Shown here: positions 8,442 to 18,097 of the stretch, one piece after another
How positions within the stretch are numbered: the stretch's first letter is position 1
Layout of the letters: each line of letters begins with the position of its first letter
NCBI GenBank assembly: GCA_002399785.1
Contig: DHEH01000002.1
Span: forward strand, 33,265-97,264
DNA: 64,000 bases
From: Bacillales bacterium UBA4855
Lineage (GTDB): Bacteria; Bacillota_I; Bacilli_A; RFN20; CAG-826
Reading direction: 5' to 3'
Translations under genes and position numbers: made by a program
The notes under the pieces: generated by a model
What the model saw: only the letters and a program-made list of their open reading frames with translations
The model's database searches: none
What the model was told of the DNA's origin: nothing

Positions 8442-9875
8442 TTACAACATTGCCTTAACAGTATTGTTATAGGCAGTTGTAAATGCATTATCGGTGGTAC
8501 TTTTTCCTAATAAAACATTTGTAATGATTCCACCAACTTCATTACGTGCGGTATCAGAACCTGCAAAAACAGGGTAATTTAGATATTGACCATTAATATC
8601 ATTAACAACGATATCATAGACATTCGCTAAATAATCGCCAGATGCGACAAACTCTTTAAAATCATCTAACTCATAGCAGGATTTTCTAACAGGAACGTAA
8701 CCATTTGAACTTAATGTAACATCTAAATTATTTTGAGCACTTAATAAATATTTAATAAATTTAAATCCAATTTCTAAATTAGTATTATTTTGTACTTCGG
8801 TTAATTTTCCGTTTTTAAGCATACAAGTTGTTACACCTTGAGAAACATATTTTCTATGATCTTCAGTTGCATCTTTATACATTGGGAATTTACAAACTCC
8901 AACATTAAAACTTGCTCCTGGATCAGAATAACCTGTTCCACCAGTTGAACCAACAACGAACAAAGATTTTCCGGCAGTAAAATAATTGCTGCCATATTCG
9001 TTATTATTGGTCCCTTTAGTTTTAAGTAATTTGTTATCGTACATAGTTTTGATTTCATTAACTAAAGATTTAGCACCAGCATTATTAAAATCAGCACTAC
9101 CAGTACCATTATTCATACTAATATAATCGATTCCTCTTTGGAAAGATTGACCAATAAATAAATTTGAATCACTATCATAGAAAAGAGGAATATTATCATC
9201 ACCAGCGAAATTATATTTAGCTCTATTAGCATTAATATAATTTAAAACTGACATAAAATCAGTCCAATTAATAGTGTTCATTTTTATAGTTGTATTGTTA
9301 AGATTATTATAATCAGCTAAAACAGCATCGATAACATCTTTGTTATAGAGCATAATTTCTGTTGATTTCATAAGTGGTAAAGAATATGTTCCGTCATAAA
9401 CATATTTTTGTCCTTCTTCATAGAAAGAAGAAACAATATCACTAACAGCACCACCAGTTTTATCGTAAGCGTCTTTTACACCAAAACCATAAGTTGAATT
9501 ATTGATATAATCATCAAGTTTTACAACGAAATCTCCAGCTTTATCTTCATCTTTTAAATAACGAGCGACGTGATCTGGATAAGCAACAGCGATTGTTGGA
9601 GTAGTTCCAGCAGAAAAAGATTTTTCAATTTTGCTGACCATATCATCGTAACCGCCTTGATATTCAAGTTCGATTTTTACATCAAGTCCTTCAGTCTCTT
9701 TAACAACTTTAGTAAATTTATCAGCAACTTTGGTCACCGACGAAAGTACGTCGTGACCAAAAGTATGCCAAAAATGAACTGTTGCAACATTGTCTTCGGT
9801 AGCTTGACATCCAACGACTGATCCAAGTCCGATAATTATGGTTCCTAAAATAGGAACTAACGTTTTTTTATTCAT
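8442..9875 (-). CDS. ABC transporter substrate-binding lipoprotein (family 1, CUT1 sugar-type fold); ligand unknown
   Basis: The lipobox is VVGC and SD GGAGGAG lies upstream. The ~450-aa mature length and patterns such as FWHTFGH..YQGGYDD..VAYPDH are typical of CUT1 binding proteins. It is adjacent to the cognate permeases. Confidence 0.75.
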   Translation of the reverse strand: MNKKTLVPILGTIIIGLGSVVGCQATEDNVATVHFWHTFGHDVLSSVTKVADKFTKVVKETEGLDVKIELEYQGGYDDMVSKIEKSFSAGTTPTIAVAYPDHVARYLKDEDKAGDFVVKLDDYINNSTYGFGVKDAYDKTGGAVSDIVSSFYEEGQKYVYDGTYSLPLMKSTEIMLYNKDVIDAVLADYNNLNNTTIKMNTINWTDFMSVLNYINANRAKYNFAGDDNIPLFYDSDSNLFIGQSFQRGIDYISMNNGTGSADFNNAGAKSLVNEIKTMYDNKLLKTKGTNNNEYGSNYFTAGKSLFVVGSTGGTGYSDPGASFNVGVCKFPMYKDATEDHRKYVSQGVTTCMLKNGKLTEVQNNTNLEIGFKFIKYLLSAQNNLDVTLSSNGYVPVRKSCYELDDFKEFVASGDYLANVYDIVVNDINGQYLNYPVFAGSDTARNEVGGIITNVLLGKSTTDNAFTTAYNNTVKAML

Positions 9876-9903
9876 AAAAACTCCTCCAAAATCTAGTATA
9901 AAA

Positions 9904-11373
9904 CTATTTCATTGCCTTTATAGAAGCATCGTAAGCAGTCTTAAACCAAGCAGCGATTGTTTCGTCACTAGAGACTGTTCCGGTGTATTTACTAGCATTA
10001 CCAATAATTGTATCAACTTCATCTCTACAGGCATTACTTCCCTTAAATGCAGGAGAAGTATAGTAGTATTCAGAAATAGTTGGAACAAAATTATTGACAC
10101 GAGCACCTAACATACTTAATGTCTTTAAAGCTTGTGCATCAACATCATTAGCTTCTTTAAAATCATCACTTTCAGCAACACTAGCTCTAATTGGATTATA
10201 GTTAGTAGTTAAAGTCCAATCAGTATTCCATTTTGTTGTTGTGAAATGTTTATAGAATAACCAGCTAGCTAATTCTCTATCTGTATCAATGCCTTTACCA
10301 TCACTCTTTGGATGTGACAAGAAAGCCATTGAAGGACCTTGAAGAATATTAGCGTTCTTTTTAGCGCCACTTCCAGCATGTGGAAGTTTAAAAACTCCGA
10401 CATCCATTGGGTTAGTATCACTAAATTGATATTTTGTACCCCCAGTTGAACCAATTGAGAATAAACATTGTCCTGCAGTAAAGTAGGTATTTGTTCTCTT
10501 TCCGGTACCAGCTTGGGTTAAAAGATATCCTTTTTGAGCATAATCATTAATTTTCTTGACTAAGCCTTTCATATTGTCATTGTTAAAATCACAACTTCCT
10601 TCACCATTTTTAATGCTTGTATAGTCGTAACCATATTGCTCGGCTAAAGTAATAAAGAAGTTAGCATCACTATCGTAACCTAAAACTGAATATTGACCAG
10701 CACCATTTGTTTTATCAATAAGTTCTGGTTTTTGAGTCATAATAGCTGGGCAAAGAACATCAAAGAATTCTTCCCAAGTAAGATTATTTAAATAATCTTC
10801 ATTAATAGCGTTTCCGTTGTTGACACCAGTTAAAGTTAAACCGTTAATTTTGCCTTTATCATAGAAGACAACTTCAGTTGATTTACAAAGTGGTAAGGAA
10901 TAAGTTCCTTCGACAGTATATTGTTGTCCTTCTTTAATATAAGCAGGATAAATATCAGCTAAATCTTCTTTAGTCCAACCATAATCAGCATTGTTCATGA
11001 AATCATCAAGTTTGACGCCTTTTCCGTAATCGATAAAGTCAGCAACTGCATCTGGATAAACCATAGCTAAATCTGGGTAAGTATCCGTTGCAAATTTTGA
11101 AGTAATATCATTAGCAAGAGCACTGTAACTACCAGAATAAATACTCAAATTAACTGTAATGTTTGGATAAGTTTTATTGAAATCTTCAATGCAACGATTA
11201 ACTGAAGCTTGATTGTCTTTTCCCATTGTTGATTGGAAAGTGATTTCTGTCTTTCCTTGAGTAATATCAGTATCATCTTTTCCATCATCTACAGGGGTAT
11301 TGTTGTTACAACCAGCAAGAAGACCTAACGCAAGGGGTAATAACCCTAAAAGCAATAAATTTTTGTTTTTCAT
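9904..11373 (-). CDS. Second ABC substrate-binding lipoprotein (paralogue of 8442-9875); ligand unknown
   Basis: The ORF track starts at 11388, but SD GGAGGA (11381-11386) sits 7 nt upstream of ATG 11373, giving MKNKNLLLLGLLPLALGLLAGCNN (lipobox LAGC). It shares motifs with the neighbouring SBP (YSLPL.KSTE, GSTGGT). Confidence 0.75.
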   Translation of the reverse strand: MKNKNLLLLGLLPLALGLLAGCNNNTPVDDGKDDTDITQGKTEITFQSTMGKDNQASVNRCIEDFNKTYPNITVNLSIYSGSYSALANDITSKFATDTYPDLAMVYPDAVADFIDYGKGVKLDDFMNNADYGWTKEDLADIYPAYIKEGQQYTVEGTYSLPLCKSTEVVFYDKGKINGLTLTGVNNGNAINEDYLNNLTWEEFFDVLCPAIMTQKPELIDKTNGAGQYSVLGYDSDANFFITLAEQYGYDYTSIKNGEGSCDFNNDNMKGLVKKINDYAQKGYLLTQAGTGKRTNTYFTAGQCLFSIGSTGGTKYQFSDTNPMDVGVFKLPHAGSGAKKNANILQGPSMAFLSHPKSDGKGIDTDRELASWLFYKHFTTTKWNTDWTLTTNYNPIRASVAESDDFKEANDVDAQALKTLSMLGARVNNFVPTISEYYYTSPAFKGSNACRDEVDTIIGNASKYTGTVSSDETIAAWFKTAYDASIKAMK

Positions 11374-11404
11374 TTTGTTTTCCTCCATTGAAATGAATAA
11401 ATAA

Positions 11405-12385
11405 TTAACCTTTTATACCAGCACGGCCAACGCCACGCATAATATACTTTCTAAAGAAAATAAACAGCAAGAATAATGGAACAGTAACACAAACTGTTGC
11501 TGCCATTTGATATCCATAAGAGACATCGCCACTATCTGGATCAGTAAAACTTGAACCTCTTAAACCGTTAGAAATTAATCTATATTCAGTTTTTTGAGTA
11601 ACTAAATTTGGCCAGACATATGAGTTCCATGTTCCCATAAATTTAAGAATAGTAATAGAAATTAAAGTAGGAGCAGCAAGTGGTACCATAACGCGCCATA
11701 AGTAACTCCAGTCGCTCTTTCCATCGACTTTAGCAGCTAAGTAAAGTTCGTTTGGAACTCCTCTAAATGTTTCTTTTAATAAGTAAATGTAATAAACACT
11801 GACCCAGAAAGGAATAATCATTGCAAGATAAGCATCAGTTAAAGTTTGATTTGTGCTAACCCAACCAAAGCTTGAAACAGTGATATAGTTAGAAATAACC
11901 ATCATTTCACCAGGAATCATCATTGTCATTAAGAAGACTGAGAATATTGCATCTCTTCCTTTAAATTTTAATCTCGCAAAGGCGAAAGCAGCAAAGATTG
12001 TAGTGAGCAATGTTCCGATTGTTGAAAATATAGCGACAACAATGGTATTCATCATATAAGTAGAAAAATCGAATACCTGGAAAACATAAACATAGTTACT
12101 CCACATAACAACAGTTGGGAAGAATGTTTGTGTTAACGCTTGAATTTCAACATTGTTTTTAAGTGAAGTGATAATCATCCAATAGAATGGGAATATCATC
12201 AACAACGCTAAGAATGTAATTAAAATATAGACAAGTATAGTAGAGACAATTTTTGAAACTTTTTCTCTTTTACGTAAAAGTTCAATTGTTTGTTTTCCTT
12301 CTTTAATAACTAAAGTAATTTGTTGGCCATCTAGGCGGTCTTTAGCGAAGTTAACATATGATTTTTTTGTTTGAATAGCTTCCAT
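11405..12385 (-). CDS. ABC transporter permease (MalG/UgpE-like, CUT1 family)
   Basis: The protein is multi-TM. The EAA-loop-like motif reads LYLAAKVDGKSDWSYLWRVMVPLAAP. Confidence 0.85.
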   Translation of the reverse strand: MEAIQTKKSYVNFAKDRLDGQQITLVIKEGKQTIELLRKREKVSKIVSTILVYILITFLALLMIFPFYWMIITSLKNNVEIQALTQTFFPTVVMWSNYVYVFQVFDFSTYMMNTIVVAIFSTIGTLLTTIFAAFAFARLKFKGRDAIFSVFLMTMMIPGEMMVISNYITVSSFGWVSTNQTLTDAYLAMIIPFWVSVYYIYLLKETFRGVPNELYLAAKVDGKSDWSYLWRVMVPLAAPTLISITILKFMGTWNSYVWPNLVTQKTEYRLISNGLRGSSFTDPDSGDVSYGYQMAATVCVTVPLFLLFIFFRKYIMRGVGRAGIKG

Positions 12386-12396
12386 TTTTATACCTC

Positions 12397-13467
12397 CTAG
12401 TTTCTAGCCTTTCTTTTTGACAAATAAAGTTGTAAGAAAGTAAAGCAAAGAATAATTAAGAATAAGAGAACAGCACAAGCTGCAGCACGACCTGGTTGAC
12501 TATTTAGTTGTTTATAAATATAGAAAACCATTGTAAGCATCTCAGGAGTTCCACCAGTTCCAGTAGTTGATGGACCATTAAATAATCCGACAACTGCAGT
12601 ATATTCTTTAAATGCACCAATGAATGATGTAACCATCAAATAAAGAATTTGTGGACTTAAAGAAGGAACAGTAATTCTCCAAAGAATCTTCCAACTTGAA
12701 GCTGAGTCAATTTTAGCGGCTTGATAATATTGTTTATCAACGTTCTGTAAACCACTAAGAAGAATTAAGATCTTGAATGGTAATGAACCCCAAACAATAT
12801 AAATACAAAGAGGAATCATAGCAGTCCATCTAGAAGCGCCATAAATCCACGTAATATTTGAACCGAATATGTAGTTAATAACACCGGTTTTGTCGAATAA
12901 AACACTGAAAACCATACCGACTGCGATTGTATTTGTAACGTAAGGCAAGAAGAATATGACTTGATAGACTTTTTGTAACCATTTGAGGTTATTTAATAAA
13001 ACACTAATCAATAAAGCGATAATAATCGAAAGAGGAACGGTGACAAAAACTATCAAAAATGTGTTTGGTAACGCATAATTGATGACATCCGTTTCATAAA
13101 CTCCCGCGCTTATTTCTTTTAGACCTAAGATAATCAAATAATTATCAAAGGTGAATCCGTTAAAAGAACCGGTTGCGTAGTTGTAATCTTTCATAAAAGA
13201 AATCGCAATAGTATTAATTAAAGGATAAATTAAGAATACGCTCATCAAAATAAGAACAGGAGCTAAATAAAGCCAACCTTTCCAGTTATTTGATTGTTCT
13301 TGGTCACTTACTCCACCAACAACGTATTCTTTTTTTCTTTCTTTTCGGCTGACATAATGAAGATTTATATTTTGTTCTTCGTTATATCCCTCGTTTAAAG
13401 TGCCGAGATTTGGATCTTGATAAGTAAGTGGTTTTTTAATGTCAAGTTGTGATACATTATTTTCCAT
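12397..13467 (-). CDS. ABC transporter permease (MalF/UgpA-like, CUT1 family)
   Basis: The protein is multi-TM. The EAA-loop-like motif reads YYQAAKIDSASSWKILWRITVPSLSP. Confidence 0.85.
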   Translation of the reverse strand: MENNVSQLDIKKPLTYQDPNLGTLNEGYNEEQNINLHYVSRKERKKEYVVGGVSDQEQSNNWKGWLYLAPVLILMSVFLIYPLINTIAISFMKDYNYATGSFNGFTFDNYLIILGLKEISAGVYETDVINYALPNTFLIVFVTVPLSIIIALLISVLLNNLKWLQKVYQVIFFLPYVTNTIAVGMVFSVLFDKTGVINYIFGSNITWIYGASRWTAMIPLCIYIVWGSLPFKILILLSGLQNVDKQYYQAAKIDSASSWKILWRITVPSLSPQILYLMVTSFIGAFKEYTAVVGLFNGPSTTGTGGTPEMLTMVFYIYKQLNSQPGRAAACAVLLFLIILCFTFLQLYLSKRKARN

Positions 13468-13476
13468 TTCTTATAC

Positions 13477-15402
13477 CTACTTCACGTAAATTCTTTCTTC
13501 TGTTTTTGTACTAAATAAGAACATTTTATTTGGATTAACTTTTAATTTGATTGCACCGGTTAAGTTTTCTTCATCAGCGCTAATAATAACTCTAAATGTT
13601 TCTTTTAAACAATTTGGATGTTTAGCAATAATTGAAATATCACGACCTAAAATTTGAAGTTGATCAACTGTACACTTTAAGAAGGCATCATCTTTTTCAG
13701 TTGATTTAATAAATCCTTCTGGTCTAATAGCAACATATACATCTTGATCTTTAACGCCTTTAGCATCGTTAATATAGGAATCACCTAAATAAACTTTTCC
13801 ACCTTTTACATTTCCTTTGAAAACGTTAATTTGTGGATTACCTAAGAATTGAGCAACGAATAAATTCTTTGGGTTATTGTAAACATTTTGTGGGCTGTCA
13901 ATTTGTTGTTGAACGCCTGCTTTCATAACAAGAATTTGATCACTGATTGACATAGCTTCTTCTTGGTCGTGAGTAACGAAAACAGTAGTAATTCCAGTTT
14001 CTTTTTGAATTCTTCTAATTTCTTCACGAGTTTGAAGTCTAAGTCTAGCATCAAGGTTACTTAAAGGTTCATCAAGAAGTAAGACTTTTGGTTTCTTAAC
14101 TAAAGCTCTAGCAATAGCAACTCTTTGTTGTTGACCACCACTCAATTGTGCTGGTTTTCTTTGAAGATAATCTTCAATTTGAACTAATTTAGCAACATCA
14201 TAAACGATATCTTTTCTTTCGGTTGCGTTAAGTTTTCTATAAGCAACACTGTTGGTAGTTCTGATATTTTCGTTAGTAACATTAAATTCTGTTTTTAAAA
14301 TTTTAGTAACAGCTTCAACTTGTTTTGATGTGCATTTTTTAATCTTAAAGAATAAAGTAGGAACTCCATGATCATCAAAAGCTTTAAAATCAATTAAATT
14401 AGAGCCATTAACACCAGCTTCAACACCTTTTTCTTTAAGAGCCTTTTTAGCTCTATTTTCGTAATCGTCAAGGAAAATTTTTCCTGGTTTAATATCAAAT
14501 GTAGCATTAATGCTATTATTAGACATGATTTCAGGAAGTTTTTCTTCAACTAAACTCAAATTAGTTTTCTTATATTCGCCTAAAATATGCTCGACACCTT
14601 TATTATTGTAAATGCTTAAAGTAATGATTTTAATTCCAGCTTTTTTAATATCAGCAAGTAATTTTTGTCTAACACTTTCTTGGATATCAATATTTCCACA
14701 ATCAATATCAAACATACCACTGGTAATTTCATCTTTCTTTTCAAGTTTCATATTGAAACGAATAACAGCATCAAATAATGCATCATGAGATTGGAATTTT
14801 TCAATATTTGTTGTTAAAGGAGTAATAATACGCGAGAAGTTAAGTTCGAAAACTTCACCATCTTTTTCGCTAATATCATTTAAATGAACTTTAATAGTTA
14901 ATTTTCCATTATCATCATTAATTTCAACATTAGCATTCTTTTTGTTAATTCCAATTTTATTAACTAATGTATAAATTGATTTTTGAATTCCATCGATAGC
15001 ATCTTCATTACTCATAACATATGTATATGAATAGGTAAAATTGAAGAAAGTAACTAATGGGACTTCAACTTTTAAGTTTGTTAAAGGGAATTCAACATTC
15101 TTAAAAATAGTCATATGAGGATAAAGAGCATAGTTTTGGAAAACTAATCCGATACCTCTTTTTTCTGGTGAAAGATTAGTAACCTCTTCTTCACCGAACC
15201 AAACTTCACCACTTGTTGGAACTTGTAAACCAGAAATCATATAAAGAGTTGTTGATTTACCACATCCAGAAGGTCCTAATAAACCCATAAGTTTTCCGTC
15301 TGGAACTGTTAAATTCAAATTGCTGACTGCAATTGTATCCTTGATATGTTTCTTAGGATTTCCAGGGAAGATTTTTGTTAAACCTTTTAATTTAATTTCC
15401 AT
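13477..15402 (-). CDS. ABC transporter ATP-binding protein (MsmX/UgpC/MalK-like) with a ~290-aa insertion in the helical subdomain
   Basis: Walker A is GPSGCGKST and the Q-loop is [11 protein letters not shown]. About 290 non-ABC residues follow. Then come the signature [15 protein letters not shown], Walker [12 protein letters not shown], the H-loop VTHDQ and a C-terminal regulatory-type domain. Confidence 0.9.
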   Translation of the reverse strand: MEIKLKGLTKIFPGNPKKHIKDTIAVSNLNLTVPDGKLMGLLGPSGCGKSTTLYMISGLQVPTSGEVWFGEEEVTNLSPEKRGIGLVFQNYALYPHMTIFKNVEFPLTNLKVEVPLVTFFNFTYSYTYVMSNEDAIDGIQKSIYTLVNKIGINKKNANVEINDDNGKLTIKVHLNDISEKDGEVFELNFSRIITPLTTNIEKFQSHDALFDAVIRFNMKLEKKDEITSGMFDIDCGNIDIQESVRQKLLADIKKAGIKIITLSIYNNKGVEHILGEYKKTNLSLVEEKLPEIMSNNSINATFDIKPGKIFLDDYENRAKKALKEKGVEAGVNGSNLIDFKAFDDHGVPTLFFKIKKCTSKQVEAVTKILKTEFNVTNENIRTTNSVAYRKLNATERKDIVYDVAKLVQIEDYLQRKPAQLSGGQQQRVAIARALVKKPKVLLLDEPLSNLDARLRLQTREEIRRIQKETGITTVFVTHDQEEAMSISDQILVMKAGVQQQIDSPQNVYNNPKNLFVAQFLGNPQINVFKGNVKGGKVYLGDSYINDAKGVKDQDVYVAIRPEGFIKSTEKDDAFLKCTVDQLQILGRDISIIAKHPNCLKETFRVIISADEENLTGAIKLKVNPNKMFLFSTKTEERIYVK

Positions 15403-15417
15403 AAAATACTCCTTTTA

Positions 15418-17010
15418 TTAATTATTTTTTGGCATTGTGAGTGTTCCATCATCAATGTTGTTATTTCCTTCTTTGTTGAGTTTATCGTTTCTTTTTTTCT
15501 CAACATTAGACTTAATTTGGACAAAGAAATAACGAACGAAATATCCAAATAAGATTATTCCCATTATAGAGAATATGACTATTAAAATATCGATTGGATT
15601 AAAAACGGAGAACGTACCATTAAAAATACTTGATCTAAATGCAATCGACATAATAGATAATGTAATCGAAACAATTGCTAAATACCCCATAATTGAAGTT
15701 GTAACATATTGTTTTGTTCTAACTCTTTTAAATTCGTTATTAATATATTTTTTCTTTAAGAAATAGTAAGCAGTAAGATCACTACCAACGAATACTAAAG
15801 TTAAAATTACAAAAACAAGAATATAAATTAAATCAGCTGAAATTTCATATTGACTGTTAACCTTTTCGTAACCTTCACTAGGATTTCCTGTGCTATCTAA
15901 AACAGCATCTTTTCTTGAAGGGAGATTGTTGAAACGTGCTGAATAATTCGATTGGGTGACACCTTTATAAATCTTGCTGTCGTATAAATCGGTATAAACA
16001 TAGAAGTTAGATAAACTAAAATCTTTTATATTTGATCCGGAGATGTTGTAATTTTTTCCGTCGATTGTATAGGAATTATTCATCAAAAATTCCATTGTTT
16101 TGCCTTTAGTGACGTCAATTGTATCAACTCCGTCATTATTAGGGATATGAAGAACTGTTCCGTCATTTAATGTATAAATAAAAGAAGTGTCTGCACCGAA
16201 ATACAATCTGGTTCTAATCCATTTCGTTCCAGCAGTGACATCATCAATTGCGGTGTTATAAATTCTTTTAATGGTTGAACTTGTTGAAATATATAATTCT
16301 TCGTCAACAAAATTTTCAACATCAAAAGCTAAACTAGTAAATCCTGAAAATGTTGTAAATCCTTTGTAAGTAAAATTAATAAATTGAGTTGATTTAAATT
16401 CTCTATAAGCAACGATTTTGGTTCCAAGAACCTTATAATCTGTAGAAGAATCAACTCCCCAAACTCCATCAACTTTTTTACCTAAATACACATTATTTAA
16501 GTAAATTTCATCAGTCAAAATAGTCTCGTCAGGACTTAAGACAATATCACAAGAAGTTTGTAATTGTGAATCACCTGTTGCTCCAACACCATCGTAAACT
16601 TGATTAGCATTGTATTTAGTAATCTTAGTTTCTCTTTCTTCAATAGTATTATTGCTTTTTTTGACTTTATACACCAAAACAGCTGGTTTTAAAGTTCCGT
16701 TATCATAGCCGACATAGTAAGAATTTGTTACTCCTTCAGCTAATGTAACATTAAACGAAACAGATGCTGAAGTAGGTGTTGTATTGATATTTCTGATTTT
16801 AAAAAGAACCTCTTCAGTCAAAGTAGAGCTATCTAACGAACTTACTTTTGAAACTTCCGAGGTTCTTTCTTTCATCATGAAATCATTTTTAACAACATTA
16901 AAACTTGCAGCATTGTTAACATGAGCAGATGCTCCGCTAAACAAAATTGTGCCCGTGGCTAGTCCGATTATTGAGAAAAATAAGGACTTTAAAATGTTAA
17001 ATTTTTTCAT
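15418..17010 (-). CDS. Membrane protein of unknown function: signal/TM, ~390-aa ectodomain, three C-terminal TM helices
   Basis: The ORF track gives 530 aa. The N-terminus is a hydrophobic leader (LFFSIIGLATGTILFSGASA). Hydrophobic helices occur near residues 395-500. Only 15 nt separate it from the ABC ATPase gene. Confidence 0.7.
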   Translation of the reverse strand: MKKFNILKSLFFSIIGLATGTILFSGASAHVNNAASFNVVKNDFMMKERTSEVSKVSSLDSSTLTEEVLFKIRNINTTPTSASVSFNVTLAEGVTNSYYVGYDNGTLKPAVLVYKVKKSNNTIEERETKITKYNANQVYDGVGATGDSQLQTSCDIVLSPDETILTDEIYLNNVYLGKKVDGVWGVDSSTDYKVLGTKIVAYREFKSTQFINFTYKGFTTFSGFTSLAFDVENFVDEELYISTSSTIKRIYNTAIDDVTAGTKWIRTRLYFGADTSFIYTLNDGTVLHIPNNDGVDTIDVTKGKTMEFLMNNSYTIDGKNYNISGSNIKDFSLSNFYVYTDLYDSKIYKGVTQSNYSARFNNLPSRKDAVLDSTGNPSEGYEKVNSQYEISADLIYILVFVILTLVFVGSDLTAYYFLKKKYINNEFKRVRTKQYVTTSIMGYLAIVSITLSIMSIAFRSSIFNGTFSVFNPIDILIVIFSIMGIILFGYFVRYFFVQIKSNVEKKRNDKLNKEGNNNIDDGTLTMPKNN

Positions 17011-17016
17011 AGTTAA

Positions 17017-17045
17017 ATTATATTAAAATTTTTCCTCCAATTCAA
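17017..17045 (-). promoter_or_regulatory. Sigma-70-type promoter (TTGAAT-17 nt-TATAAT) only 6 nt upstream of ATG 17010, which would give a leaderless mRNA
   Basis: The minus strand reads TTGAAT tggaggaaaaattttaa TATAAT ttaact ATG. The -10 is at 17017-17022 and the -35 at 17040-17045. No SD lies at a functional distance from the ATG. Confidence 0.4.
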
Positions 17046-17086
17046 TGTAACAAGATATTTATATATCATATATAATAATAAATATT

Positions 17087-18097
17087 TTATTTTTGCCTAA
17101 AATCAGGCGCTTTTTTAATACTTTCTCCACTTGCCTCCTCTAAACTTAAGAAGATTCTTGATTCGCTATAATCAACCTCTTCAATACCTAACATATAGTC
17201 ATGAAAATTTTGCTTTTTCTTCGTGAATGCCATCATGGTAAAAGAAATAATTAATGGGATCCCAAAAGTAAAAATGCTTAAAACAATTTCACCGCAAAAC
17301 ATAATACAGAAACGCACTAAATATCTCTTCCAAGAGACACTTAATACTCGAGAATCAACTAGTCCAGTTTTGAATAGCAACCTTCCTAGTGTTAATTTAC
17401 CTCTTTTTAAAATAAGAGGAACTGCCAAATAATAGAGAGAGTAACTAACTATTAACGCAATTGGACATTCTACAAAAAACAACATGTTTGAAAAATATTT
17501 ATTAATTTCTAAAACATTTGGTGTTTTTTGAAGAAAATAACCTTGAGCATAATTATCAACATAATACTTATAAACGTTTTCGTTAAATTGCTTTATGGTG
17601 AAATTAGCAGTCAAATTTTCGACAATTTCGTCTGAATCGTTTTTTACAAAGTAATTAAGATTATCAGTTTTAACACTGAGACGGAAAGTGTCGTATTCAT
17701 CACGAATTTTTTGCTCGGTTGTGTCGTCAGTAACACTTCCGATATAAGTGAAAAAAGTCTCAATTCCTTTTTTTAAACCAATGCGCTCCACACTAGAAGC
17801 AACATCGCTTGAATTGTAAAAAGAAACAATATCAACATATCTTTTTTGTTCGGCGTCATATAAAAAGATTCCTGATTCTCCCTTTCTTTCGTCTAATAAT
17901 GCTACATTATCTTTATAAGTCTGCGTATTTTGAACAATAGCACGACAACCTATAAATAAACCTAAACAAATTAGAGCCCAGATAAGAGCGTCAAAAACCA
18001 TTATAGAAACACGTTTCCAAAAAGCTGGATGATAATATTCAAATACAACCCCAGGTTTTTCTACTTTTTTCTCTACTTCGTAGACTTCATCTTCCAT
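17087..18097 (-). CDS. RDD-family-like membrane protein
   Basis: The N-terminal FWKRVSIMVFDALIWALICLGLFIG and C-terminal ..GRLLFKTGLVD.. and KKKQNFHDYMLGIEEVD fit the RDD pattern as I recall it (FW.R..A..ID .. G.rl.G.rvv .. q.lHD.lagT.VV). Confidence 0.6.
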   Translation of the reverse strand: MEDEVYEVEKKVEKPGVVFEYYHPAFWKRVSIMVFDALIWALICLGLFIGCRAIVQNTQTYKDNVALLDERKGESGIFLYDAEQKRYVDIVSFYNSSDVASSVERIGLKKGIETFFTYIGSVTDDTTEQKIRDEYDTFRLSVKTDNLNYFVKNDSDEIVENLTANFTIKQFNENVYKYYVDNYAQGYFLQKTPNVLEINKYFSNMLFFVECPIALIVSYSLYYLAVPLILKRGKLTLGRLLFKTGLVDSRVLSVSWKRYLVRFCIMFCGEIVLSIFTFGIPLIISFTMMAFTKKKQNFHDYMLGIEEVDYSESRIFLSLEEASGESIKKAPDFRQK

